From an uncultured Clostridia bacterium (lineage in GTDB: Bacteria; Bacillota; Clostridia; Oscillospirales; Ruminococcaceae): 49,966 nt of DNA. This document shows, piece by piece, positions 9,293 through 16,700 of the stretch. The position numbers and the translations under genes are program-made. The DNA is taken from contig CALXIG010000004.1 in the NCBI GenBank assembly GCA_944388305.1, positions 1-49,966 on the forward strand. The letters are read 5' to 3'. Under the pieces are notes generated by a model. It was not told where the DNA came from, ran no database searches, and saw only the letters and a program-made list of their open reading frames with translations. Numbering within the stretch: position 1 is the first letter of the stretch; every line of letters begins with the position of its first letter.

Positions 9293-9941
9293 AGAGAATC
9301 CCTTCCTTTCGAATGTGGCAGGCTTCGTAGCGGGGGCAGTCGCGGCAGCCGGACCGTTCCGGCTGTCTGGCGGTTCCGGCTGTGTTTTTGAGGATGCCCA
9401 TGACGGCGGTGACAGATTTGCGCGGGAGGAGCAGTCCGTCCGGACTCACAGTCAGACCGATGCGGCGCCCGGCGTCGAGGCGGGCGAGGAGCTCCTCCTG
9501 AAAAGAAAGCGGAAAGTCGCCGTATCCGGGGCTGAATCGGGGCGTCAGCGACTCTCCGCGCGCGGCATAGTCCGCGGCGATTTCCTCCGAAAGCCGGACG
9601 CACACCGCTTCCGCCGCGGCGCCCAGGGCACAGTCGAGCGCGACAGCCGCCGCCGGATCGGTGCGGAAAAGCGCGCGCAGCGTGCGCTCCGCTTCCTGCC
9701 CGACGGTTGCCGCGAGCAGGACGGCCCGCCGGCAGCCGGCAAGATGGGCCGCGATATCCCGGCCGGACAGCGGAAGATCCGCAAGGGCGAACTCCCGCCA
9801 GACAGTCCGCGGCCGCGCAAGCTCTGCCGCCATGCGGACGGCTTCCGCCGCCTGCCGCGCCAGAGCAGGAGGCGGCGTTCCCCGGCAGCCCAGATAGGCG
9901 CAGGTCTCTTCCAGGGAGATCTGTACAGGCGTCAGCTTCAT
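9282..9941 (-). CDS. Stand-alone methionine synthase reactivation (AdoMet-binding, MetH activation-domain-like) protein
   Basis: ATG at 9941 follows GGAGGG. The sequence is MKLTPVQISLEE..RFSPGYGDFPLSFQEELLARLDA..GLTVSPDGLLLPRKSVTAVMG. The RxSPGYGD and P-x-KS motifs are typical of the Met_synt_B12 domain. Overlaps the metH GTG start by 11 nt. Confidence 0.7.
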   Translation of the reverse strand: MKLTPVQISLEETCAYLGCRGTPPPALARQAAEAVRMAAELARPRTVWREFALADLPLSGRDIAAHLAGCRRAVLLAATVGQEAERTLRALFRTDPAAAVALDCALGAAAEAVCVRLSEEIAADYAARGESLTPRFSPGYGDFPLSFQEELLARLDAGRRIGLTVSPDGLLLPRKSVTAVMGILKNTAGTARQPERSGCRDCPRYEACHIRKEGILCGK

Positions 9942-10019
9942 ATTGCGGTCCCTCCGTTCCTGCCTGCTTTCTGATAGTAACAGTATAACGGTTTTCTCCT
10001 CAAAAGTAAAGAGAAAGGG

Positions 10020-10048
10020 TTGCATTTCCGCGGGAAAAGCGGTAAAAT
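10020..10048 (+). promoter_or_regulatory. Sigma-A promoter upstream of rhaM and the hybrid kinase
   Basis: TTGCAT (10020-10025), 17 nt, TAAAAT (10043-10048). Confidence 0.6.
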
Positions 10049-10085
10049 GAGGGTGAATCACAGGTCCAAAGGGAGGTTTTATTGT

Positions 10086-10403
10086 ATGGAACGCTACGCA
10101 TGGAAGGCAACCGTCAGGGACGGAATGCTCGCTGAATACCGGCGGCGCCACGACGAAATCTGGCCCGAGATGAAGGCGGTGCTCAAGGAGGCCGGCATCT
10201 GCAATTACAGCATCTGGAATGCCGGAAATGAGCTGTTCGGCTACTACGAGTGCGAAAAGGGACGGGACTTTGCTGCGAGGGTGCAGGCGGAAAGCCCGGT
10301 GGTCGCGCGCTGGAACCGCTACATGGAGGACGTCATGGTCATGGAGATGGACCCGGAGACCGGCGCCCAGCCCCTCCTGACCGAAGTGTTCCGGCTGGAT
10401 TGA
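10086..10403 (+). CDS. rhaM: L-rhamnose mutarotase (RhaM/YiiL family)
   Basis: 105 codons from ATG 10086: MERYAWKATVRDGMLAEYRRRHDEIWPEMKAVLKEAGICNYSIW..ELFGYYEC. This is the typical YiiL signature. Confidence 0.85.
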   Translation: MERYAWKATVRDGMLAEYRRRHDEIWPEMKAVLKEAGICNYSIWNAGNELFGYYECEKGRDFAARVQAESPVVARWNRYMEDVMVMEMDPETGAQPLLTEVFRLD

Positions 10404-10419
10404 GCGGCGGGGTGCTGAA

Positions 10420-12936
10420 ATGAAACGTCAGATCAAATGGGAACGGCGCCGGAAAAGACTTTTTACTGCCCTCATTCTGGCGGCCTTTGTCATCCTCTCC
10501 CTGGTGAGCATCGGCCGGGTGCAGGCGACGATGCTGCGAAACGCCTCGATCATGGGGGAGCAGATTGTGCAGAGCTTTTCGGTCAATGAAGACGCGAACA
10601 TCAACGCCTATGAGCTGCTGCTGCAAAACGCCTCCAAGTGGCTGGAGGGGGAGCTGAAGGACGGGAGCAGCCAGGAGAAAATTGAAGCCTGGATGCGGGA
10701 ATATCTCTCCTACATGCAGGAAAGGGTCGGCGCAGAGGGCATCGACATGTACGCCGCCATCGGCGGGGAACTCACCGCCGCGATCCGCTGGGAGGGAGAA
10801 GGCGACTTTGACCCGCATTCCGCCGGCTGGTACCTTCTTGCCCTGGAGGCGGACGGGGAGATTATTACAACCGGCGCCTACACCGATGTCGTCACCGGGC
10901 AGCGGGTGGTCACCCTCGCCCAGAAAATCGGGGAAACAGAGGATGTTCTGGCTATTGACCTCTTCCCCCGGTATTTTCACCAGTGGACGGCGATGGAAAG
11001 CCTGCCGGAAGGCAGCTCCTTCTTCCTGTGCGACGGCACCGGGCAGCTGATGTACTGGGAGTCCGGCATGGAACAGACGCCGGAGGAAATTCAGGCGTAT
11101 GTGAGCGGGCTGCTCACCGAGGCGGAGGAGCGGGAGGGGGAAGTCCTTTACCGCAATGGACTGGACGGAATCCGCAGGGCGGTCTTTCACCGCCGCACCG
11201 GAAACGGCTGGATCTCCATCATCACGATCCCCTACCGGTATCTGGTCAACGGACTGGACAGCCTGGCCCTCTGGTATGCGGCGGTTTTCGCTGCGTTTCT
11301 GACCCTGGCTGTGGTGATGTCGGTCCGGGAGGGGCGGCTCAACCGGCAGATGGCGCTGACCAACGAGACGATCAAGGTGCTGGGCAACTCCTATTTTGCG
11401 ATTTACCGGGTCAATTTTCAAAAGGAACGGTACACCATGCTCAAGGGGAGCGACTATGTCCGTTCCCGCATTCCGCAGGAGGGCAGCTACGCAGATTTCA
11501 TGGCGGTGATCCAGGAGATCATCGAGCCGGAGGCTTACGGCGACTTTGTCAAAAGCTTTTCGATAGAAAATATCCGCAGCCTGGTCCGGCGCAAGGTCCG
11601 GGACTACGGCGGGGATTTTCTGCGGCTTTTCAACGGCGAATACTGCTGGATCAACGTCCGGCTGCTCTTTGACGAATCGCTCGAGCTGGATGAGGCGGTC
11701 CTCTGTTTCCGCGAAATCGACGAGGAGAAGCGCCGGCAGCTGGATCAGTTCCACCTGCTCAAGGAGTCCCTTCAGACGATGAAGCAGAATGTGGCGGCGA
11801 AAAATCTCTTTTTCGCCAACATGTCCCACGACATGCGGACTCCCTTAAACGCCATTATCGGGATGTCCGAACTGGCGGGAACCCACCTGAACGAGCCGGA
11901 CCGGATGGCGGATTATCTGAAGAAAATTCACGGCGCAAGCGAGCATCTGCTCGGGCTGATCAACGACGTGCTCGAGATGTCGCGGTTCGAGCAGGGCAAG
12001 CTCAGCATCGAAAGCCGGCCCTTCCTTCTGAAGGAAAGCGTCGAGGAGTGCGCGGAGATTTTCCGCATCCAGGCGAAGGAGCAGGGAAAGACCTTTGAGA
12101 CGCGGATCTCTGTTCAGGACAACCACGTCAGCGGCGACCTGTTCCGCATCCAGCAGATTCTGAACAACCTTCTCTCCAATGCGGTGAAGTTCACCCAGCG
12201 CGGCGGCCGGATTCTGCTTTCGGTCACCCAGATGGATTCCGGCAGCTATCCCAAGTACAAGTTTGTCGTGCAGGACAATGGTGCCGGCATGTCCAAGGAG
12301 TTCCTCGAGAAGATTTTCATCCCCTTTGAGCGGGAGACCCGGTTCGGAGCGAAGGAAGTGACCGGCACGGGGCTTGGAATGCCGATTGTCCACAACATCG
12401 TGCTGCAAATGGACGGCGAAATTAACGTCGAAAGCGAGCTTGGCAAGGGGAGCACCTTTACTGTCGTCCTGCCGCTGGCAGTCGAAGAGAAGGAGAACGC
12501 CCCTGCGCGCAGTTCGGAGCCGCCGATGGAGGCGCTGGAGGAGGCGGATCTGTCGGGGCGGCAGATCCTGCTGGCCGAGGACAACGAGCTGAACATGGAG
12601 ATCGCGGCCGAGCTTTTGCAGATGCAGGGTGCGGTGGTGACGAAAGCCTGGAACGGCCGGGAGGCGGTCGAGCGGTTTGCGGAATCGGCGGAGGGATTTT
12701 TTGACGTCATCCTGATGGACATGCAGATGCCGGAGCTGGACGGCTGCGAGGCCGCGCGGGCAATCCGGGCGCTGGACCGCTCCGACGCGGCGTCGGTTCC
12801 CATCATCGCGGTCACTGCCAACGCCTTTGCGGAGGATGTGGCGGCGACAGTGGCGGCCGGCATGAACGCGCACATCTCCAAGCCGATTGATTTTTCCGTG
12901 TTGGGAAGGACGCTGGCCAAATTCCTGTCTGCATGA
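10420..12936 (+). CDS. Hybrid sensor histidine kinase / response regulator
   Basis: 838 aa. It has an N-terminal TM helix, an extracytoplasmic sensor region, a second TM helix and a PAS-like segment. These are followed by HisKA (FFANMSHDMRTPLNAI), HATPase (DNGAGM..GTGLGMPIV) and a C-terminal REC domain (ILLAEDNELN..DVILMDMQMPELDG..KP). Confidence 0.9.
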   Translation: MKRQIKWERRRKRLFTALILAAFVILSLVSIGRVQATMLRNASIMGEQIVQSFSVNEDANINAYELLLQNASKWLEGELKDGSSQEKIEAWMREYLSYMQERVGAEGIDMYAAIGGELTAAIRWEGEGDFDPHSAGWYLLALEADGEIITTGAYTDVVTGQRVVTLAQKIGETEDVLAIDLFPRYFHQWTAMESLPEGSSFFLCDGTGQLMYWESGMEQTPEEIQAYVSGLLTEAEEREGEVLYRNGLDGIRRAVFHRRTGNGWISIITIPYRYLVNGLDSLALWYAAVFAAFLTLAVVMSVREGRLNRQMALTNETIKVLGNSYFAIYRVNFQKERYTMLKGSDYVRSRIPQEGSYADFMAVIQEIIEPEAYGDFVKSFSIENIRSLVRRKVRDYGGDFLRLFNGEYCWINVRLLFDESLELDEAVLCFREIDEEKRRQLDQFHLLKESLQTMKQNVAAKNLFFANMSHDMRTPLNAIIGMSELAGTHLNEPDRMADYLKKIHGASEHLLGLINDVLEMSRFEQGKLSIESRPFLLKESVEECAEIFRIQAKEQGKTFETRISVQDNHVSGDLFRIQQILNNLLSNAVKFTQRGGRILLSVTQMDSGSYPKYKFVVQDNGAGMSKEFLEKIFIPFERETRFGAKEVTGTGLGMPIVHNIVLQMDGEINVESELGKGSTFTVVLPLAVEEKENAPARSSEPPMEALEEADLSGRQILLAEDNELNMEIAAELLQMQGAVVTKAWNGREAVERFAESAEGFFDVILMDMQMPELDGCEAARAIRALDRSDAASVPIIAVTANAFAEDVAATVAAGMNAHISKPIDFSVLGRTLAKFLSA

Positions 12937-12974
12937 CCGCTGCGGGGAACCCCCGCCGGAATTGACGCCGCGGC
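12935..12974 (+). repeat. Copy A of a GC-rich two-hairpin intergenic repeat; overlaps the TGA of the hybrid kinase
   Basis: GACCGCTGCGGGGAACCCCCGCCGGAATTGACGCCGCGGC. It is 40/40 identical to 13044-13083 (period 109 nt) and contains the hairpin GCGGGG-AAC-CCCCGC. Confidence 0.9.
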
Positions 12975-13043
12975 AGGATGCCCCGCGTCGGGTTTCGGCA
13001 GGCGCTCGATAAACTCGCGCCTCCGGGGCTGTCTCACCCGCAC

Positions 13044-13100
13044 GACCGCTGCGGGGAACCCCCGCCGGAATTGACGCCGCGGCGTTTCAGGCCCGCGGGA
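13044..13100 (+). repeat. Copy B of the same repeat, with a second CCGCGG..CCGCGG hairpin
   Basis: The exact 40-nt repeat is followed by GTTTCAGGCCCGCGG. The self-complementary CCGCGG words flank a 10-nt loop. Confidence 0.85.
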
Positions 13101-13180
13101 GATTGCGGGATATCCCGACAGGCGGAGCGGTTTCGAGAGAAACTTTCCGCAAAGGCGCGCTTTTCCGGAGAGAAACGGAA

Positions 13181-13220
13181 ATATCGCAGGGGGCATTCGC
13201 TCCTCTGCGATATTTTTTCT
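13181..13220 (+). terminator. Rho-independent terminator (end of the kinase transcript or of an unannotated RNA)
   Basis: ATATCGCAG (13181-13189), 15-nt loop, CTGCGATAT (13205-13213), followed by TTTTTT. Confidence 0.7.
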
Positions 13221-13252
13221 GTTATTATACAAAGCGTGTTCAACCGCGCAGC

Positions 13253-14269
13253 TCAGTGCGAGTAGGTTGCGGCGTTTTCAAAGCCCTCCTTCAGCTCGCT
13301 CATGCACTCAAAGCAGGTGCCGGTACCGATGCCGACGCTACGGATGGGGTCTTCGGCGTGGCGGGTTGTGATGCCGGTATTTTCCTCGATCAGCTCGGCG
13401 AGGCCGCGCAGCAGCGAGGTGCCGCCAGTCAGGATGATGCCGTTTTCGTGGATGTCGCCGATCAGCTCGGGGGGTGTGCGCTCCAGGACGCTGCGCACCG
13501 CCATCACGATTTCGGCCGCAAAGGGGCGCAGCACCTCAAACAGCTCGGTCTGGGTGATGGTGATCTGTTCCGGATAGCCGGTCAGCAGGTTGCGCCCCTT
13601 GACCGAGGCCGATACCGTTTCCTGCGGCTCAAAGACGCAGCCGATTTCCTTTTTCAGATTTTCGGCGACCTTGGTGCCGATGGCGAGCTTGTAGCTGTTC
13701 TGGATGTACTTGATGATTGCCTCATCAAAGCTGTTTCCGGCCACCCGCAGGGAGTTGGCGGTGATGATGCCGCCCAGCGAGATGACGGCGACGTCGGTTG
13801 TGCCGCCGCCCGAGTCGACGACCATGTGTCCCTCCGGACGGATGACGTCGACGCCGGCCCCGATGGCCGCGGCCAGCGGCTCGTCCACCAGATAGACCTG
13901 CCGGGCGCCGGCGCTCATTGCGGCGTCGACCACCGCCCGCGCTTCCACATGGGTGATGGCCGAGGGAATGCAGATGGCAATGCGCGGTTTAATCAGGTAG
14001 CTTTTTGTTACTTTCCGTACAAATTCCTTGACAAGATACTCAGTGTATTTGTGGTCGGAGATGACGCCGTCCCGGATGGGACACTCCGTCTGGATGTAGG
14101 CGGGCGTCTTGCCCAGCATGGCCAGCGCTTCGTGGCCGACGGCCACGACCTTGCCGGAGCGGGTGTTGTAGGCCACGACGCTCGGCTCCTCCAGCACGAT
14201 GCCTTTATCTCTTCGGTAAATGATGATTTTTGTCGTCCCCAGGTCGATGCCAAGATCCACTCCAGCCAT
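13253..14269 (-). CDS. mreB: Rod-shape-determining actin homologue MreB/Mbl
   Basis: ATG 14269 follows AGGAGG. The sequence is MAGVDLGIDLGTTKIIIY..EPSVVA..IRDGVISD..DSGGGTTDVAVISLGG..GIILTGGTSLLRGL. Confidence 0.9.
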   Translation of the reverse strand: MAGVDLGIDLGTTKIIIYRRDKGIVLEEPSVVAYNTRSGKVVAVGHEALAMLGKTPAYIQTECPIRDGVISDHKYTEYLVKEFVRKVTKSYLIKPRIAICIPSAITHVEARAVVDAAMSAGARQVYLVDEPLAAAIGAGVDVIRPEGHMVVDSGGGTTDVAVISLGGIITANSLRVAGNSFDEAIIKYIQNSYKLAIGTKVAENLKKEIGCVFEPQETVSASVKGRNLLTGYPEQITITQTELFEVLRPFAAEIVMAVRSVLERTPPELIGDIHENGIILTGGTSLLRGLAELIEENTGITTRHAEDPIRSVGIGTGTCFECMSELKEGFENAATYSH

Positions 14270-14597
14270 GGAGAACGCCTCCTTTTGTATCAAACTGTCT
14301 GATTTTACAAAATGTTGTCCGATTTGGCCGGACAGAGAGCTCTGTCCGCCTTTTGCGGCGCACATCCGAATCTATTATAACGCAAAAAGAGTGAAATTTC
14401 CAATAAAATTCGGTCGAATCAAGAATTTTTTACAAATGCGCCTCCCTGTTTCCGGTCAGAAGCGCAAAAAGGAGGTGATATCGAGCAAAATATCCAAATG
14501 TCAACATAAACTTTTGTTGATGTACGGGAATTGAGAACATCGACAAAAAAGGTTATGCTTAATGTAGACAATAAAATTCGGAAAGGAAGATGTTTCA

Positions 14598-15566
14598 ATG
14601 GTAAACAGAGCTATGATTGATGAGATTCAGTCCTACGGTCTCATCCCCGTCATCAAAATTGAGGACTCCGCGCAGGCGGAACCGCTTGCAAAGGCGCTCT
14701 GCGAGGGCGGACTGCCCGCTGCCGAGGTGACCTTCCGCACCTCCGCCGCCAAGGAGGCGATCGCGCGGATGACCAAAGCCTTCCCCGACATGCTGGTCGG
14801 CGCCGGCACTGTTCTCACCACCAAACAGGTGGACGAGGCGGTGGAAGCGGGCGCGAAGTTTATCGTTTCGCCCGGCCTGAATCCCAAGGTTGTCGCTTAC
14901 TGTCTGGAGAAGGATGTTCCGATCCTGCCCGGCTGCGCGACTCCGTCCGACATGGAAGCCGCCATTGAGATGGGGCTGGATGTCGTCAAATTCTTCCCTG
15001 CCGAGGCAAACGGCGGCGTGAAGTCCATCAAGGCGATGGCTGCCCCCTACACCCAGCTGCGCTTTATGCCCACCGGCGGCGTCAATGAGAAAAACCTTCT
15101 CGACTACCTCTCCTTCCCCAAGATCATCGCCTGCGGCGGCAGTTTCATGGTCCCCGAGAACCTGCTGAAGGCCGGCGACTATGCCGCCATCACCGAACTG
15201 ACCCGCGGCGCCGTCCGCCTGATGCTCGGTTTTGAGCTTGCGCATGTCGGCATCAATGCGGAAAACGCAGAGGAGGCAAAGAAGGCTGCCGCCCTCTTCG
15301 AAACGCTGTTCGGCTTTACCGCCAAGGAGGGCAACAGCTCTGTCTTTGCGGGCACCGAGGTCGAGCTGATGAAGGGTCCGTACCTGGGCAGATGCGGCCA
15401 TATCGCCATTTCCACCAACAGCATTTCCCGCGCGGTCGCTTTCTTTACGCGCAAGGGAATTGCCTTTAATCAGGAATCCGCGAAATACGACGCGAAGCAG
15501 AATCTCAAGGCCATTTACCTTGCCGATGAGATCTGCGGCTTCGCCATTCACCTTGTCCAGAAATAA
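14598..15566 (+). CDS. eda: KDPG/KHG aldolase (Eda) fused to a C-terminal VOC/glyoxalase-like domain
   Basis: Residues 1-205 have the Eda pattern (IPVIKI..AEVTFRT..GAGTVL..FIVSPG..VKFFPA..MPTGGV). About 110 extra C-terminal residues (HVGINAENAEEA..GHIAISTNSI..IHLVQK) look like one VOC module. Confidence 0.85.
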   Translation: MVNRAMIDEIQSYGLIPVIKIEDSAQAEPLAKALCEGGLPAAEVTFRTSAAKEAIARMTKAFPDMLVGAGTVLTTKQVDEAVEAGAKFIVSPGLNPKVVAYCLEKDVPILPGCATPSDMEAAIEMGLDVVKFFPAEANGGVKSIKAMAAPYTQLRFMPTGGVNEKNLLDYLSFPKIIACGGSFMVPENLLKAGDYAAITELTRGAVRLMLGFELAHVGINAENAEEAKKAAALFETLFGFTAKEGNSSVFAGTEVELMKGPYLGRCGHIAISTNSISRAVAFFTRKGIAFNQESAKYDAKQNLKAIYLADEICGFAIHLVQK

Positions 15567-15592
15567 GCAACGGCAGATAAAGGAGAATTACC

Positions 15593-16612
15593 ATGAAAGT
15601 TGTCACCTTCGGCGAGCTGATGCTTCGTCTCGCCCCCAACGGCTATTACCGTTTCTTCCAGAATGACCAGATGCAGGCCACCTTCGGCGGCGGCGAGGCC
15701 AATGTCGCCGTCTCCCTCGCCAACTACGGCGCCGACGTCGCCTACGTCACCAAGCTGCCCAAGCACGCCATCGGCCAGGCGGCTGTCGACTCGCTGCGCT
15801 ACTTCGGCATCGACACCTCCAAGATTGTCCGCGGCGGCGACCGGGTCGGCATCTACTTCCTCGAGAAGGGCGCCTCCCAGCGCGGCAGCGTCTGCATCTA
15901 TGACCGCGCCCACTCTGCCATCCAGGAGGCCAAGCCCTCCGCTTTTGACTGGGACGCCATCTTCGAAGGCGCCGACTGGTTCCACTTCACCGGCATCACC
16001 CCCGCCTTGGGCGAAAATCTCGTCGAAATCTGCCTCGAGGCCTGCAAGGCCGCCAAGGCGAAAGGCGTCAAGATCTCCTGCGACCTGAATTACCGCGGCA
16101 AGCTCTGGACCCGCGAACAGGCCCGCGCGGCGATGACAAAGCTCTGCGAGTATGTCGATGTCTGCATCTCCAATGAGGAGGATGCCAAGGACGTCTTCGG
16201 CATCGAGGCGGAAGGCACCGATATCACCGGCGGCAAGCTCAATCATGAGGGCTACAAGTCGGTTGCGAAACAGCTGGCGGACAAATTCGGGTTTGAAAAG
16301 GTCGCCATCACCCTGCGTTCTTCCATCTCGGCCAATGACAACGACTGGGCCGGAATGCTTTATGACGGCGAGAATTACTGCTTCTCCAAGCAGTATCACC
16401 TGCACATCGTAGACCGCGTCGGCGGCGGCGACAGCTTCGGCGGCGGGCTGATTTACGCCCTGCTGTCCGGTAAGGACACCCAGGCCGCCGTGGAATTCGC
16501 GGTGGCAGCATCCGCCCTCAAGCACTCCATCGAGGGCGACTACAACCGCGTCACCGTCTCCGAGGTTGAAAAGCTGGCTGGCGGCGACGGCTCCGGCCGC
16601 GTCCAGCGGTAA
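15593..16612 (+). CDS. kdgK: 2-dehydro-3-deoxygluconokinase (PfkB family)
   Basis: MKVVTFGELMLRLAP..FGGGEANVAVSLA..DLNYRGKLW..NEEDA..DRVGGGDSF. This is the classical KdgK/PfkB signature. Confidence 0.9.
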   Translation: MKVVTFGELMLRLAPNGYYRFFQNDQMQATFGGGEANVAVSLANYGADVAYVTKLPKHAIGQAAVDSLRYFGIDTSKIVRGGDRVGIYFLEKGASQRGSVCIYDRAHSAIQEAKPSAFDWDAIFEGADWFHFTGITPALGENLVEICLEACKAAKAKGVKISCDLNYRGKLWTREQARAAMTKLCEYVDVCISNEEDAKDVFGIEAEGTDITGGKLNHEGYKSVAKQLADKFGFEKVAITLRSSISANDNDWAGMLYDGENYCFSKQYHLHIVDRVGGGDSFGGGLIYALLSGKDTQAAVEFAVAASALKHSIEGDYNRVTVSEVEKLAGGDGSGRVQR

Positions 16613-16635
16613 CTTCCGTTTTTCCAATCCCCCCG

Positions 16636-16670
16636 TAATGATTGTTGCGGGGGGATTTCTGTAAATACCG
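16636..16670 (+). terminator. Terminator after kdgK
   Basis: AATCCCCCCG, loop, CGGGGGGATT, followed by TCT. Confidence 0.6.
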
Positions 16671-16700
16671 GCATCCCGATTCCGTCTCAGAAAGGACTGA

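Noticed and set aside
12935-13083. The two identical 40-nt direct repeats as a mini CRISPR array.
   Set aside because: There are only two units, the spacer is 69 nt (far longer than the repeat), and no cas genes or leader are present. A related copy occurs in inverted orientation 6 kb away, next to a stop codon. This behaves like a REP-type element instead.
14388-14440. A possible tRNA-like T-loop word (GGTCGAATC) in the mreB-eda intergenic region.
   Set aside because: The flanking sequence is AT-rich and cannot form acceptor or anticodon stems, so it is not a tRNA.
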